Part shown: positions 21,978 to 31,415 of the stretch, piece by piece | Position numbering within the stretch: the first letter of the stretch is position 1 | Layout of the letters: every line of letters starts with the position of its first letter | Assembly (NCBI GenBank): GCA_964562525.1 | Contig: CAZLTL010000005.1 | Coordinates: 876-64,875 of the forward strand | DNA: 64,000 nucleotides | Source of the DNA: an uncultured bacterium | GTDB taxonomy: Bacteria > Omnitrophota > Omnitrophia > Omnitrophales > Aquincolibacteriaceae | Direction of reading: 5' to 3' | Notes under the pieces: generated by a model | The model's input: only the letters and a program-made list of their open reading frames with translations | Told to the model about the DNA's origin: nothing | Database searches by the model: none | Position numbers and translations under genes: made by a program

Positions 21978-22570
21978 TTTTAAGCTTAGTTATTGCTTAT
22001 TTACTGGGGTCGATCCCATTCGGCCTTTTAATTGGTTGGGCTGTGAAGCGGGTTGATATCCGTGAGCATGGCAGTAAAAATATCGGCGCCACCAATGTTT
22101 TTCGGGTTGTGGGTAAGAAGTGGGGCATTCTTGTTCTGCTGTTGGACGCGTTCAAAGGCTGGCTGGCATGTAAAATCCCAAGTCTTGTCGGTGGGGTCTT
22201 TTTGACTGTTGAACAGGAGCTTCTTTTGGCCGTGGCTGCGATTCTCGGGCATACTTTTTCGGTTTGGCTCAAGTTTAAAGGAGGGAAAGGGGTTGCCACA
22301 TCGTTGGGTGTTTTTATGGCGGTTGTTTGGCTGCCGACTTTGATCGCCTTTGGTTTTTGGATCGCTGTCTTTTCTGTATTTCGAATTATCTCGGTTGCTT
22401 CCTTGGCGGCAGGAGCTGGTTATCCTTTGTTGGTATTCATTTTTCAGCGGCATCAGCCGGGGTTTGGCTGGCTCATGGGCTTAAGCGTGGTTTTATGTCT
22501 TTTTATGTTTTATACCCATCGGGCCAATATCGGGCGTATTTTGAAAGGCGAGGAAAAAAAGTTAATTTAA
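21974..22570 (+). CDS. plsY: Glycerol-3-phosphate acyltransferase PlsY
   Basis: LGSIPFGLLIG, GSKNIGATNVFR and LDAFKG motifs. Overlaps the pgsA stop. Confidence 0.85.
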   Translation: MILSLVIAYLLGSIPFGLLIGWAVKRVDIREHGSKNIGATNVFRVVGKKWGILVLLLDAFKGWLACKIPSLVGGVFLTVEQELLLAVAAILGHTFSVWLKFKGGKGVATSLGVFMAVVWLPTLIAFGFWIAVFSVFRIISVASLAAGAGYPLLVFIFQRHQPGFGWLMGLSVVLCLFMFYTHRANIGRILKGEEKKLI

Positions 22571-22599
22571 TATATTGCAATTAATATATGATTTATAAT

Positions 22600-22642
22600 A
22601 AAATCATTTCTGGTGAGACAGAAATGATTTTCTGTTTATAAT
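22600..22642 (+). promoter_or_regulatory. Perfect 12-bp inverted repeat AAAATCATTTCT-N8-AGAAATGATTTT followed by a TATAAT hexamer (22637-22642), 28 nt upstream of recA; candidate operator overlapping the recA promoter
   Basis: Read directly from the sequence. Its position relative to the -10 hexamer and the recA start suggests a repressor site (SOS-type). Confidence 0.35.
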
Positions 22643-22669
22643 ACGCCAACGCAATCATAAGGAGTTCCC

Positions 22670-23779
22670 ATGTCAGATAAGAAAAAAGCCGCTAAAGTGA
22701 CCGCTTCTGAAACAGCTACTGCAGCGAAGGCCGCCAAAGCTGCAACTGAGAAAACAAAAAACCTCGACCTGGCGCTGCTTCAAATTGAAAAGCAGTTCGG
22801 TAAAGGTTCCATTATGAAGTTGGGCGCCGGATTTAAAGAAAAAGTCGAACCGATTTCAACCGGTGCTTTGAGTTTAGATATTGCTACGGGAATCGGCGGA
22901 GTTCCGCGCGGGCGCATCATTGAGATTTTTGGACCGGAATCGAGCGGGAAAACAACTTTGACGCTCTCGGTTGTCGCTAATTTGCAAAAAAGCGGCGGTG
23001 TTGCTGCATTCATCGATGCGGAGCACGCGCTTGATCCAACTTATGCTGAAAAAATCGGCGTAAAGCTGGATGATCTTTTGATTTCCCAACCTGATTCCGG
23101 TGAGCAAGCTTTGCAAATCTGTGAAATGCTGGTGAAGTCCAATGCGGTTGATTTAATCGTGATCGATTCGGTTGCCGCGCTTGTTCCGAAAGCCGAAATT
23201 GACGGAGAAATGGGCGAATCCAAAATGGGTCTTCAGGCGCGTTTGATGTCGCAGGCGATGCGCAAGCTCACCGGTATCATGAGCCGCTCGAAAACTTGCG
23301 TTATTTTCATCAATCAGTTGCGTGAAAAAATCGGTGTCATGTTCGGTAACCCCGAAACAACCACGGGCGGCAAAGCGCTTAAGTTTTACTCGTCCATGCG
23401 TTTGGATATCCGCCGCATCGCCAGCTTAAAAAAAGGCGAGAATGTTGTCGGGAACCGTGTGCGCGTGAAAGTGGTTAAAAACAAACTCGCGGCTCCTTTT
23501 AAGCAAGCCGAATTTGACTTGATGTTTGACGAGGGGATTTCCCGTTCCGCGAGTGTGATCGATATGGGAATTGATCATCAGATTTTAGATAAGTCCGGCT
23601 CGTGGATTCTTTACAAAGAGGAGAAAGTGGGACAGGGTCGTGATAATGCCCGCCAGTACCTGAAAGAAAATCCCCAGCTTTTGGATGAGATTGAAAATTT
23701 GATCCGCGAAAAGCTGATGGCGAACCCGGATGCGGTTCCGGTTCAGGTTGGTGAAGCGGATTCTTCCTCCGACGAATAA
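22670..23779 (+). CDS. recA: Recombinase RecA
   Basis: Walker [13 protein letters not shown] and full-length RecA similarity. AAGGAG RBS. Confidence 0.95.
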   Translation: MSDKKKAAKVTASETATAAKAAKAATEKTKNLDLALLQIEKQFGKGSIMKLGAGFKEKVEPISTGALSLDIATGIGGVPRGRIIEIFGPESSGKTTLTLSVVANLQKSGGVAAFIDAEHALDPTYAEKIGVKLDDLLISQPDSGEQALQICEMLVKSNAVDLIVIDSVAALVPKAEIDGEMGESKMGLQARLMSQAMRKLTGIMSRSKTCVIFINQLREKIGVMFGNPETTTGGKALKFYSSMRLDIRRIASLKKGENVVGNRVRVKVVKNKLAAPFKQAEFDLMFDEGISRSASVIDMGIDHQILDKSGSWILYKEEKVGQGRDNARQYLKENPQLLDEIENLIREKLMANPDAVPVQVGEADSSSDE

Positions 23780-23796
23780 GACCCGGTCCGTCGGTT

Positions 23797-24303
23797 ATGG
23801 ATGAGGAGCAGAGAAAGCAGGCCATGATTACGGCTTTGCGCTCGCTCACCATGAATGACAAGAGCGAGCATGATTTGACCGTCAAGCTTCGTGATAAGGG
23901 ATATTCCGAACCAGTGATTGCTTTCACTTTAGATCGCCTCAAGGCGGAGGGCTTTCTTAGTGATCAGGCTTTCGCACAAAAACTTTCCGACCGAATCCTT
24001 TTGGCTAAAAAAGCAGGCACGCACAAACTCGCGTTTGAACTTAAGAAAAAGCGTATCCCTGAATCCATTCGTAAAGAGGTTTTAAGTGTGGTGGACCCCG
24101 AGCAGCAGCGTTTGCAGGCACTTGAAATCGCTGAACTCAAAATCCGTTCATTCCGCGATACAGATACCCGTGTTTTGAGGAAAAAACTGTATGACTTTTT
24201 AATTAGAAAAGGATATGATTTTCAGCTCGCCCAGAATACAGCCATGTCGGTTGTGGCGAGTTATAAGCAAAGCCAAGACGATGAAAACGAATCAAATCCG
24301 TAA
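23797..24303 (+). CDS. recX: Regulatory protein RecX
   Basis: ~165-aa helical-repeat protein immediately downstream of recA, the conserved recA-recX-alaS arrangement. Confidence 0.75.
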   Translation: MDEEQRKQAMITALRSLTMNDKSEHDLTVKLRDKGYSEPVIAFTLDRLKAEGFLSDQAFAQKLSDRILLAKKAGTHKLAFELKKKRIPESIRKEVLSVVDPEQQRLQALEIAELKIRSFRDTDTRVLRKKLYDFLIRKGYDFQLAQNTAMSVVASYKQSQDDENESNP

Positions 24304-26893
24304 AACTTATCTAGACTTTTTTGCCAGCAAAGGCCATAAGGCCGTTGCGAGCGACTCACTTGTTCCGCAAAATGACCCGACACTGCTTTTTACCGGTGCG
24401 GGGATGAACCAATTTAAAGACTATTTTTTGGGAGTCAAAAAGGACTTATCCCGCGCGACCAGTTCCCAGAAGTGTCTGCGTACCGCCGATTTGGATGAGG
24501 TTGGTCGCACGGCTTATCATCACTCTTTCTTCGAAATGCTCGGAAATTTTTCATTTGGAGATTATTTTAAGAAAGAAGCAATCTCATGGGCTTGGGAGTT
24601 TTTGACCGAAGTGGTGAAGTTGCCTAAGAGCCGTTTGCGTGTCACGGTGCATCTAACCGATAATGAAGCGTTTGAAATTTGGGAAAAGCATATTGGAATT
24701 CGTAAAGACTGGATTTACCGATGCGGCGATAAATCTAACTTTTGGCCGGCCAATGCGCCTGAGGACGGTCCCAATGGACCTTGCGGACCTTGTTCCGAGA
24801 TATATTTTGACCAAGACCCGTCGAAGGGGGATGGTGGTGATATTGAAGACCGTCGTTTTGCCGAAATTTGGAATCTTGTTTTCACCCAATTCGACCGCAC
24901 GGGTAAGCAGCAACTTGTTCCTTTGCAGAATAAGAACATTGATACCGGCATGGGGCTTGAGCGTTTAGCGTGCATGCTTCAGGGGAAAGCCAGCAATTTT
25001 GAAATTGATTTGTTTCAGCCGATTCATGCCAAGATTCGTGAATCGCTTTCGATTCAAGATTCTCAGACGCGTCTTCGCAATAGTTTGCACGCGATCGCCG
25101 ATCATGCGCGAGCTTTGACCTTTACCATCGCGGACGGAGTGATTCCATCCAATGAGGGCCGAGGCTATGTTGTGCGTAAAATTTTGCGTCGCGCTTTGTG
25201 GCATGGATATCAGCTCAGCAATAATCAAAAGCTGAAAAAACCTTTTATGTTTGAAGTGATTCCGTCCGTGGTTGAAGCGATGAAAGATGCTTATCCTGAA
25301 CTTGTGTCTGCGCAGGCAAGTATTCAGGCGACGGTTCAGAATGAAGAAAAACGGTTTCTTGAAACTTTGGATACCGGAATGGCAATTTTGAGCCGCCATC
25401 TTGAAAAGCTGAAAAATATTGGCAAGAATCAGCTTTCCGCAGAGGCTTCGTTTGAGCTTTACGACACTTACGGTTTTCCGGATGAATTAACGCGCATTAT
25501 TTGCGAAGAGTCAAAAGTAGGCGTAGACGCGGAGGGTTTTGAGCGTTTGATGGGCGAGCAGCGTATCCGTTCCAAAGGTTCCACTCAAATCGCTGCATCT
25601 ATTTTTACTGCTTCCGGTTTGGAGAAAATTCCGTCGGCAACTCCGGCAACGCAATTCACGGGTTATTCGAGTTTGAGCGAGCGCGCAAAAGTTCTTTGGT
25701 TTGAAGTTTCAGATAAACAAACCTCGGTTATTTTAGATAAAACCCCTTTTTATGCTGAGAGCGGTGGACAAGTTGGAGACCGGGGTGTTTTGTCCGCTGC
25801 CGGATTTGAAATGCGGGTATGCGACACTAAAAAGCTGGACCGCTTTTCCATTCACACGGGTGAGCTGGTTGCGGGTAATCTCAAAGACGGATTGATTGTT
25901 GACGCGAAAGTGGACGTGGCTCACCGCGAAGCTGTGATGCGCAATCATACCGCAACGCATTTGCTGCACGCGGCTTTAAGGAAGTTGCTGGGTGATCACG
26001 TGCGTCAGCTGGGGTCTTTGGTTGCCGCCGACAAGCTGCGTTTCGATTATGCGCATGGGCAACCCTTGTCCGCAGAAGAAATTTTGAAATTAGAGCAACT
26101 CGTTAACGCGGAAGTTTTGAAAAATCAGACCGTGTCAAAAGCCGAGGAAGACATTGAAACCGCCAAGAAGGGCGGCGCAATGGCGTTTTTTGGAGAAAAA
26201 TACGGCGACCGCGTGCGCGTTGTGACGGTTCCGGGATTCAGCAAAGAGTTGTGCGGCGGCATTCACTGCGCGGCTACCGGCGATATTGGGTCTTTTGTGA
26301 TCGCCTCAGACAGTTCGGTTGCAAGCGGTGTGCGGCGCATCGAGGCTTTAACCGGGCAGGCGGCATTAGAGTATTACCGCGAGTTGCGAGCCAAATTAGA
26401 CCGCTTGGCGGGGGTGCTGAAGGTTCCGGCGAAAGATATGGAATCGCGTATTGTTAAATTGCAGGACACAATCCGTACTTATGAAAAAAAGAAGACTGCT
26501 TCCGCCGGCGGAGCTGACTTAAAGAGTGTGATTGCGGGCGCGCAAAAATGCGGCGCTGTGTCGCTGATCGTACATGATTTTGGCGCGATGTCCGCGGATG
26601 AAATTCACGCTCTTTCTGATTCTTTGAAAAATCAATCCGAAAACACAGTTTTTTTTATTGTCGCAGCGGAAGAAGAAAAGCTACAAACGGTTTTGGCATC
26701 CAGTTCAAAATGGTCAGCGCCTGCTGTTGATTTGCGGATTGTTTTTAAGTCGATTCAACCACTTTTGAATCTTCGCGGCGGCGGCCGTCCTGATTTTATT
26801 CGCGCGGGAGGCGTTGCGGTGCCGGACTTGAACGTTAAGTTAGATCAAATTCGACGGCTTCTTTCTGATTTTTCAGCCCAAAAGGTTTCCTAA
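24281..26893 (+). CDS. alaS: Alanine--tRNA ligase
   Basis: Class II aaRS N-terminal motifs (FTGAGMNQFK, HHSFFEMLGNFSFGDYFK), editing-domain HxxxH motifs and a C-terminal DHHA1-like region. Start moved to ATG 24281, overlapping the recX end. Confidence 0.9.
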   Translation: MKTNQIRKTYLDFFASKGHKAVASDSLVPQNDPTLLFTGAGMNQFKDYFLGVKKDLSRATSSQKCLRTADLDEVGRTAYHHSFFEMLGNFSFGDYFKKEAISWAWEFLTEVVKLPKSRLRVTVHLTDNEAFEIWEKHIGIRKDWIYRCGDKSNFWPANAPEDGPNGPCGPCSEIYFDQDPSKGDGGDIEDRRFAEIWNLVFTQFDRTGKQQLVPLQNKNIDTGMGLERLACMLQGKASNFEIDLFQPIHAKIRESLSIQDSQTRLRNSLHAIADHARALTFTIADGVIPSNEGRGYVVRKILRRALWHGYQLSNNQKLKKPFMFEVIPSVVEAMKDAYPELVSAQASIQATVQNEEKRFLETLDTGMAILSRHLEKLKNIGKNQLSAEASFELYDTYGFPDELTRIICEESKVGVDAEGFERLMGEQRIRSKGSTQIAASIFTASGLEKIPSATPATQFTGYSSLSERAKVLWFEVSDKQTSVILDKTPFYAESGGQVGDRGVLSAAGFEMRVCDTKKLDRFSIHTGELVAGNLKDGLIVDAKVDVAHREAVMRNHTATHLLHAALRKLLGDHVRQLGSLVAADKLRFDYAHGQPLSAEEILKLEQLVNAEVLKNQTVSKAEEDIETAKKGGAMAFFGEKYGDRVRVVTVPGFSKELCGGIHCAATGDIGSFVIASDSSVASGVRRIEALTGQAALEYYRELRAKLDRLAGVLKVPAKDMESRIVKLQDTIRTYEKKKTASAGGADLKSVIAGAQKCGAVSLIVHDFGAMSADEIHALSDSLKNQSENTVFFIVAAEEEKLQTVLASSSKWSAPAVDLRIVFKSIQPLLNLRGGGRPDFIRAGGVAVPDLNVKLDQIRRLLSDFSAQKVS

Positions 26894-28152
26894 TGCAAGT
26901 ATTGAACTGGGATAAGCAAACGCAAAAGAAAATCCGCCGTGATTTTGCTTCGTTTTACGATCCTGCTATTTCTAAAAAAGTAGCTCGAATTTTAAATGAA
27001 GTTCGTTTGCGCGGTGATAATGCCATTCGACGTTATACCCGTGAGTTTGACGGGATTGATTTGCCTTTAAAGCGCATTCAGGTCAATCAGGGTGATATTA
27101 ACCGCGCTTTTGAAAACATTGAAGTGAAGTTTGTGCCGCTGCTCAAACAGATCATGGAGAATGTTCAGGATTATTATAAAAAAGAATTGCGTGAGTCGTA
27201 CGAGATTGAAGGGAAGTACGGCGTGAAGCTTGGTAAAAAATATTCTCCCATGGAGCGTATCGGTGTTTATGTTCCGGCTGGAACCGCGCCGCTTGTTTCT
27301 ACAGTTTATATGACCGTGATTCCCGCTAAGGTCGCGGGTGTTAAAGAGATCGTCATGGTAACGCCTCCCAATAAAGAGACCGGCGAAATTAATCCTAATA
27401 TTCTTGCGGTTGCGAATTTGCTCGGTGTTACGGAGATTTACCGCTGTGGCGGGGTGCAGGCGATTGGCGCGTTAGCTTATGGAACGCGCACAATCAAAAA
27501 AGTCGATAAAATTGTCGGCCCCGGCAACATGTATGTCACCGAAGCCAAGCGTCAAGTTTATGGGTTTGTGGATATTGATATGGTCGCGGGGCCCAGTGAG
27601 GTTGCGATTTTGGCGGATGCTCAGGCCGATCCGGATTTTGTGACATGTGATTTGCTTGCGCAATCGGAGCATCACGGCGGCACGTCCTATTTGGTGACAC
27701 CATCTAAAAAGTTGGTCGAGAGTATTCGCAAGCGAATTGATACGGGCGTGATTATTCAGGTTAAGAATATTGCCGAGGGCTGCGAAGTCATTAATGAGCT
27801 TGCGCCCGAGCATTTGGAAATCATGACCGAGAATCCGCGGAAAGTCATGGAAGATATTAAACATGCGGGAGCGATTTTTATTGGGCCCAATTCACCGGCG
27901 GTTATCGGCGATTACATTGCCGGTCCCAGCCACGTTTTACCGACAGGCGGCAGCGCGCGTTATTATTCACCGCTCAGTGCTTCAACGTTTATCAAAAGCA
28001 CGCAAATTATCGAATACACGAAGGAAGCGATTAAACATTCTAAAGAGCATGTGCAGAAGCTGACCGAAATGGAAGGTTTGTATTTGCATCGTATTTCATT
28101 TGAAGCGAGATTGGTTGAAAAGAAAGCGGAAAAAGATGCCGAAAAAAGTTAA
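26893..28152 (+). CDS. hisD: Histidinol dehydrogenase
   Basis: Full-length HisD similarity. TAATG overlap with the alaS stop. Confidence 0.9.
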   Translation: MQVLNWDKQTQKKIRRDFASFYDPAISKKVARILNEVRLRGDNAIRRYTREFDGIDLPLKRIQVNQGDINRAFENIEVKFVPLLKQIMENVQDYYKKELRESYEIEGKYGVKLGKKYSPMERIGVYVPAGTAPLVSTVYMTVIPAKVAGVKEIVMVTPPNKETGEINPNILAVANLLGVTEIYRCGGVQAIGALAYGTRTIKKVDKIVGPGNMYVTEAKRQVYGFVDIDMVAGPSEVAILADAQADPDFVTCDLLAQSEHHGGTSYLVTPSKKLVESIRKRIDTGVIIQVKNIAEGCEVINELAPEHLEIMTENPRKVMEDIKHAGAIFIGPNSPAVIGDYIAGPSHVLPTGGSARYYSPLSASTFIKSTQIIEYTKEAIKHSKEHVQKLTEMEGLYLHRISFEARLVEKKAEKDAEKS

Positions 28153-28165
28153 AAACGGAGCGGTC

Positions 28166-28768
28166 ATGAAAAAAAGCACTCGTATCGCAAAAGTGCATCG
28201 TAAAACACGTGAGACTGATATTCAGCTTGAGCTGAATGTAGACGGAAGCGGTTTGTCCAAAGTTAAAACGGGTTTGCCTTTTTTAGATCACATGCTCGAG
28301 CTTTTTTCAAAACACGGTCTTTTTGATTTATTTGTTAAGGCAAAAGGCGATTTAGAGGTTGATATTCACCATACCAATGAAGATACCGGGATTGTTTTAG
28401 GCGCGGCTTTGACCAAAGCTCTTGGCGACAAAAAGGGAATTCGCCGTTACGGTTTTTGGAGTTTGCCGATGGATGAAACGCTGATTCGTGTGAGTTTGGA
28501 TATTTCCGGCAGACCTTCGCTTTTTGTGCATCAGGCGGACGGGGTTTCTTTTTCGCGACTGGAAAATTATTCTTTTCATGATGCCATGGAGTTTATGCGC
28601 GCGTTTTGCCATCATGCCGGAATCAATATGCACATTGAAGTGGTTAAGGGAAAAGACTCCCATCACATTATTGAGGGCGTTTTCAAGTGTTTGACCAAAG
28701 CACTTGATGCTGCTACTCAAGTGGACCCGCGTGTTCAGGGCGTGCCTTCGACTAAAGGATTGATCTAG
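28166..28768 (+). CDS. hisB: Imidazoleglycerol-phosphate dehydratase
   Basis: RKTRETDI...LELNVDGSG and HHxxE motifs. Start set to ATG 28166; the longer ORF would overlap hisD. Confidence 0.85.
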   Translation: MKKSTRIAKVHRKTRETDIQLELNVDGSGLSKVKTGLPFLDHMLELFSKHGLFDLFVKAKGDLEVDIHHTNEDTGIVLGAALTKALGDKKGIRRYGFWSLPMDETLIRVSLDISGRPSLFVHQADGVSFSRLENYSFHDAMEFMRAFCHHAGINMHIEVVKGKDSHHIIEGVFKCLTKALDAATQVDPRVQGVPSTKGLI

Positions 28769-28773
28769 GCAGC

Positions 28774-29403
28774 ATGGCTCAAAAAACTAAGTCCAAGCCA
28801 ATCGTGATAATCGATTATGGCATGGGCAACCTCAGCAGTGTTTGTAAAGCCATTCAGTATCTCAAGACGGATGCGGTGATTACGCATTCGCCGCGCGTGA
28901 TCAGCAAGGCTGACAAAATTATTCTTCCCGGCGTGGGTGCATTCGGTGACGCTATGCACGAGATCCGCGCACGAAAACTGGTCAACCCCATCCTTGCGCA
29001 TATCCAGAAAAAGAAAAAGTTTTTGGGCATTTGTCTCGGGCTTCAGCTTCTTTTTGAAACCAGTGAGGAAAGCCGCGGAACTAAAGGGTTAGGTGTTTTG
29101 AAAGGGAAGGTTCGCAAGTTTAAAACGAAAAAAGCGAAAGTTCCGCATATGGGATGGAATCAGCTTCAGTCTGTTGCGGATCATCCTGTTTTGAATCAAT
29201 TAACCCAATCTGATTATTTTTATTTTGTTCATTCCTATTATGCGGTTCCGGAGCCGGAGTGTCGACTGGCGGATAGCGCGCATGGCGGCGAAGTTTTTAC
29301 GGCGATTGCGGGGAAGGATAATGTGATTGCGATGCAATTTCACCCTGAAAAAAGCCAGGCCTCCGGATTAAAACTCTTGAAAAACTTTATTCGGTGGGCA
29401 TGA
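28774..29403 (+). CDS. hisH: Imidazole glycerol phosphate synthase, glutamine amidotransferase subunit
   Basis: Class I GATase motifs (GVGAFG, catalytic Cys in GICLGLQ, HPEKS). Confidence 0.9.
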   Translation: MAQKTKSKPIVIIDYGMGNLSSVCKAIQYLKTDAVITHSPRVISKADKIILPGVGAFGDAMHEIRARKLVNPILAHIQKKKKFLGICLGLQLLFETSEESRGTKGLGVLKGKVRKFKTKKAKVPHMGWNQLQSVADHPVLNQLTQSDYFYFVHSYYAVPEPECRLADSAHGGEVFTAIAGKDNVIAMQFHPEKSQASGLKLLKNFIRWA

Positions 29404-30122
29404 TGAATCTTTATCCTGCGATTGATCTTTATGAGAACCGCGTGGTTCGCCTGCAAAAAGGCGATTTTAAACGCATGACGGTTTATCATGATCGTCCTTC
29501 CGAAACGGCGCGGATTTGGGAAGACCAAGGTGCTGATTGGTTACATTTGGTAAATTTGAACGGGGCGCGTGATGGGAAACTAGAGAATTTAGAAGCACTT
29601 GCCAAAATTCGCGCGGCGGTTAATTGTCGAATTCAGTTCGGAGGCGGTATTCGTTCTGCGCAGGATGTCCAAACTTTATTGGACTTAGGTGTTGAGCGGG
29701 TGATTGTCGGAAGCCGCGCGCTTGAGGCTCGTTTTTTACAAGCTGTTTTTGAACGTTTTCCTTATCGTGTTGCGGTGGGGTTTGATGTTATGGACGGCGT
29801 GGTGAAAACGCATGGTTGGCTTGCGGGAAGTGGTGTGAGTCTTGATGCCGCGCTTCAAAGCCTTTATGGTTTTGCGCCGGCAGCCGTGATCGTCACCGAT
29901 ATTCACAAAGACGGCATGCTTCAAGGGCCGAACTTTGATATGATCCAACGATGTTTGGAATTAGCTCGTTTTCCTATTGTTTTGTCGGGCGGAATCAGCG
30001 GGTTAGAGGATATCGAGAAGTGTGCCGCGCTTAGGCATCCTTTTTTTGACGGCGCGATTATCGGAAAAGCACTCTATGAAAAAAAAATTTCCCTGACAGC
30101 TGCTTTTAAAAAAATTTCCTGA
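29400..30122 (+). CDS. hisA: ProFAR isomerase HisA
   Basis: LYPAIDL...V.L.GD N-terminus and a (beta/alpha)8 HisA/HisF-type sequence. ATGA overlap with the hisH stop. Confidence 0.85.
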   Translation: MMNLYPAIDLYENRVVRLQKGDFKRMTVYHDRPSETARIWEDQGADWLHLVNLNGARDGKLENLEALAKIRAAVNCRIQFGGGIRSAQDVQTLLDLGVERVIVGSRALEARFLQAVFERFPYRVAVGFDVMDGVVKTHGWLAGSGVSLDAALQSLYGFAPAAVIVTDIHKDGMLQGPNFDMIQRCLELARFPIVLSGGISGLEDIEKCAALRHPFFDGAIIGKALYEKKISLTAAFKKIS

Positions 30123-30135
30123 AAGGATGTGACAA

Positions 30136-30549
30136 ATGGATGCTTATTGGGAACAGCTTAAGGCCGTTTTGTTTCATGATTTTAAGCAAGCTTGGATTTT
30201 TGTCGCTATTTTGTTCGTAACCGCGACCACTCTTTTAAGATGGCTTTTGACGAGCCGGATTAAAAAATCATCGAAGCGTATCAGTTCTAAAAATCTAAAA
30301 CCCATCCAGAATCAGTATTTATATAAATCAATTTCCGGCTGGTTCTTTTATTTGCTTTCTCTGGGGCTTTTTGTTTTGTATTGGTATGCCCGTTTTTTTC
30401 AAATTTACGGTCTTCAAGATATGGCTTTTTTCTTCGCGGTGGGAAGCGGCGTGCTTTTTTTGCTGTCCATTATTACCCATCTCACTTTTTTTGCTTCCGC
30501 ATGCCTTGACCAAATTAAACTTCTCGAAGACAAGCAACTTACACCTTGA
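30136..30549 (+). CDS. Hypothetical small membrane protein (3 predicted TM helices) inserted between hisA and hisF
   Basis: ORF tightly packed in the operon (14 nt after hisA; overlaps the hisF start) with three hydrophobic helices. No recognisable domain. Confidence 0.45.
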   Translation: MDAYWEQLKAVLFHDFKQAWIFVAILFVTATTLLRWLLTSRIKKSSKRISSKNLKPIQNQYLYKSISGWFFYLLSLGLFVLYWYARFFQIYGLQDMAFFFAVGSGVLFLLSIITHLTFFASACLDQIKLLEDKQLTP

Positions 30550-31307
30550 ATATGCTGACGCGTCGCATCATTCCATGCTTAGATATCAATCAGGGGCGTG
30601 TTGTTAAAGGGGTTCAGTTTGTTGATTTGCGGGATGCAGGGGATCCGGTGGCGTGCGCGATTGCTTATGATAAACAAAAAGCGGATGAACTTGTTTTTTT
30701 GGATATCACCGCGACGCATGAAAAACGCAAAACAATTTTAGATTTAGCTTCACGAGTCGCTTCAAAGATTTTCATTCCATTTACCGTAGGTGGAGGTATT
30801 TCGACAACGGAGCAAATTCGCGACCTTTTGCTGACCGGATGCGATAAGGTGTCGATCAATTCCAGCGCTTTAAATCGACCAAAATTGATACAAGAGGCCA
30901 GTCGACGTTTTGGAAGTCAATGTGTGGTGGTCGCGATTGACGCCAAGCGTGACGGCAAAAGTTGGCGGGCTTATACGCATGGCGGGCGAAAACCAACTGC
31001 ATGGGACGCCGTTGAGTGGGCAAAGTATGCCGCAAAAATGGGCGCGGGTGAGATTTTGCTCACGAGTATGGATTCCGATGGAATGCAAAAAGGCTACGAT
31101 TTGGGATTGACCCGCGCTATTTCGAAAGCGGTATCCATCCCGGTGATTGCCTCGGGCGGTGTTGGAAATTTAAAGCATCTTCTTGATGGGTTTACGAAGG
31201 GATGCGCGGATGCCGTTTTAGCGGCTTCAATCTTTCATTTTGGCGATTACACAATTCCGCAGGCAAAAGCCTACCTCAAGCGCCGCGGGATTCCTGTTCG
31301 GCTGTAA
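30546..31307 (+). CDS. hisF: Imidazole glycerol phosphate synthase cyclase subunit
   Basis: [20 protein letters not shown]-terminus. Full-length HisF. Confidence 0.9.
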   Translation: MNMLTRRIIPCLDINQGRVVKGVQFVDLRDAGDPVACAIAYDKQKADELVFLDITATHEKRKTILDLASRVASKIFIPFTVGGGISTTEQIRDLLLTGCDKVSINSSALNRPKLIQEASRRFGSQCVVVAIDAKRDGKSWRAYTHGGRKPTAWDAVEWAKYAAKMGAGEILLTSMDSDGMQKGYDLGLTRAISKAVSIPVIASGGVGNLKHLLDGFTKGCADAVLAASIFHFGDYTIPQAKAYLKRRGIPVRL

Positions 31308-31415
31308 TGGTTTTGCTCTGCGCCAAAGCAGCAGCTGTGAAAACCTAGTTTTCTTTAGGCGCGTATCAACTATTCCTAACATTGACACCCGAGGAGAAAT
31401 GGGTCAAAATGGCAC

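Noticed and set aside
31308-31380. Imperfect palindrome GGTTTTGCTCTGC...GCAGCAGCTGTGAAAACC after hisF, considered as a terminator.
   Set aside because: The stem is interrupted and there is no T-tract, so it is not convincing as an intrinsic terminator.
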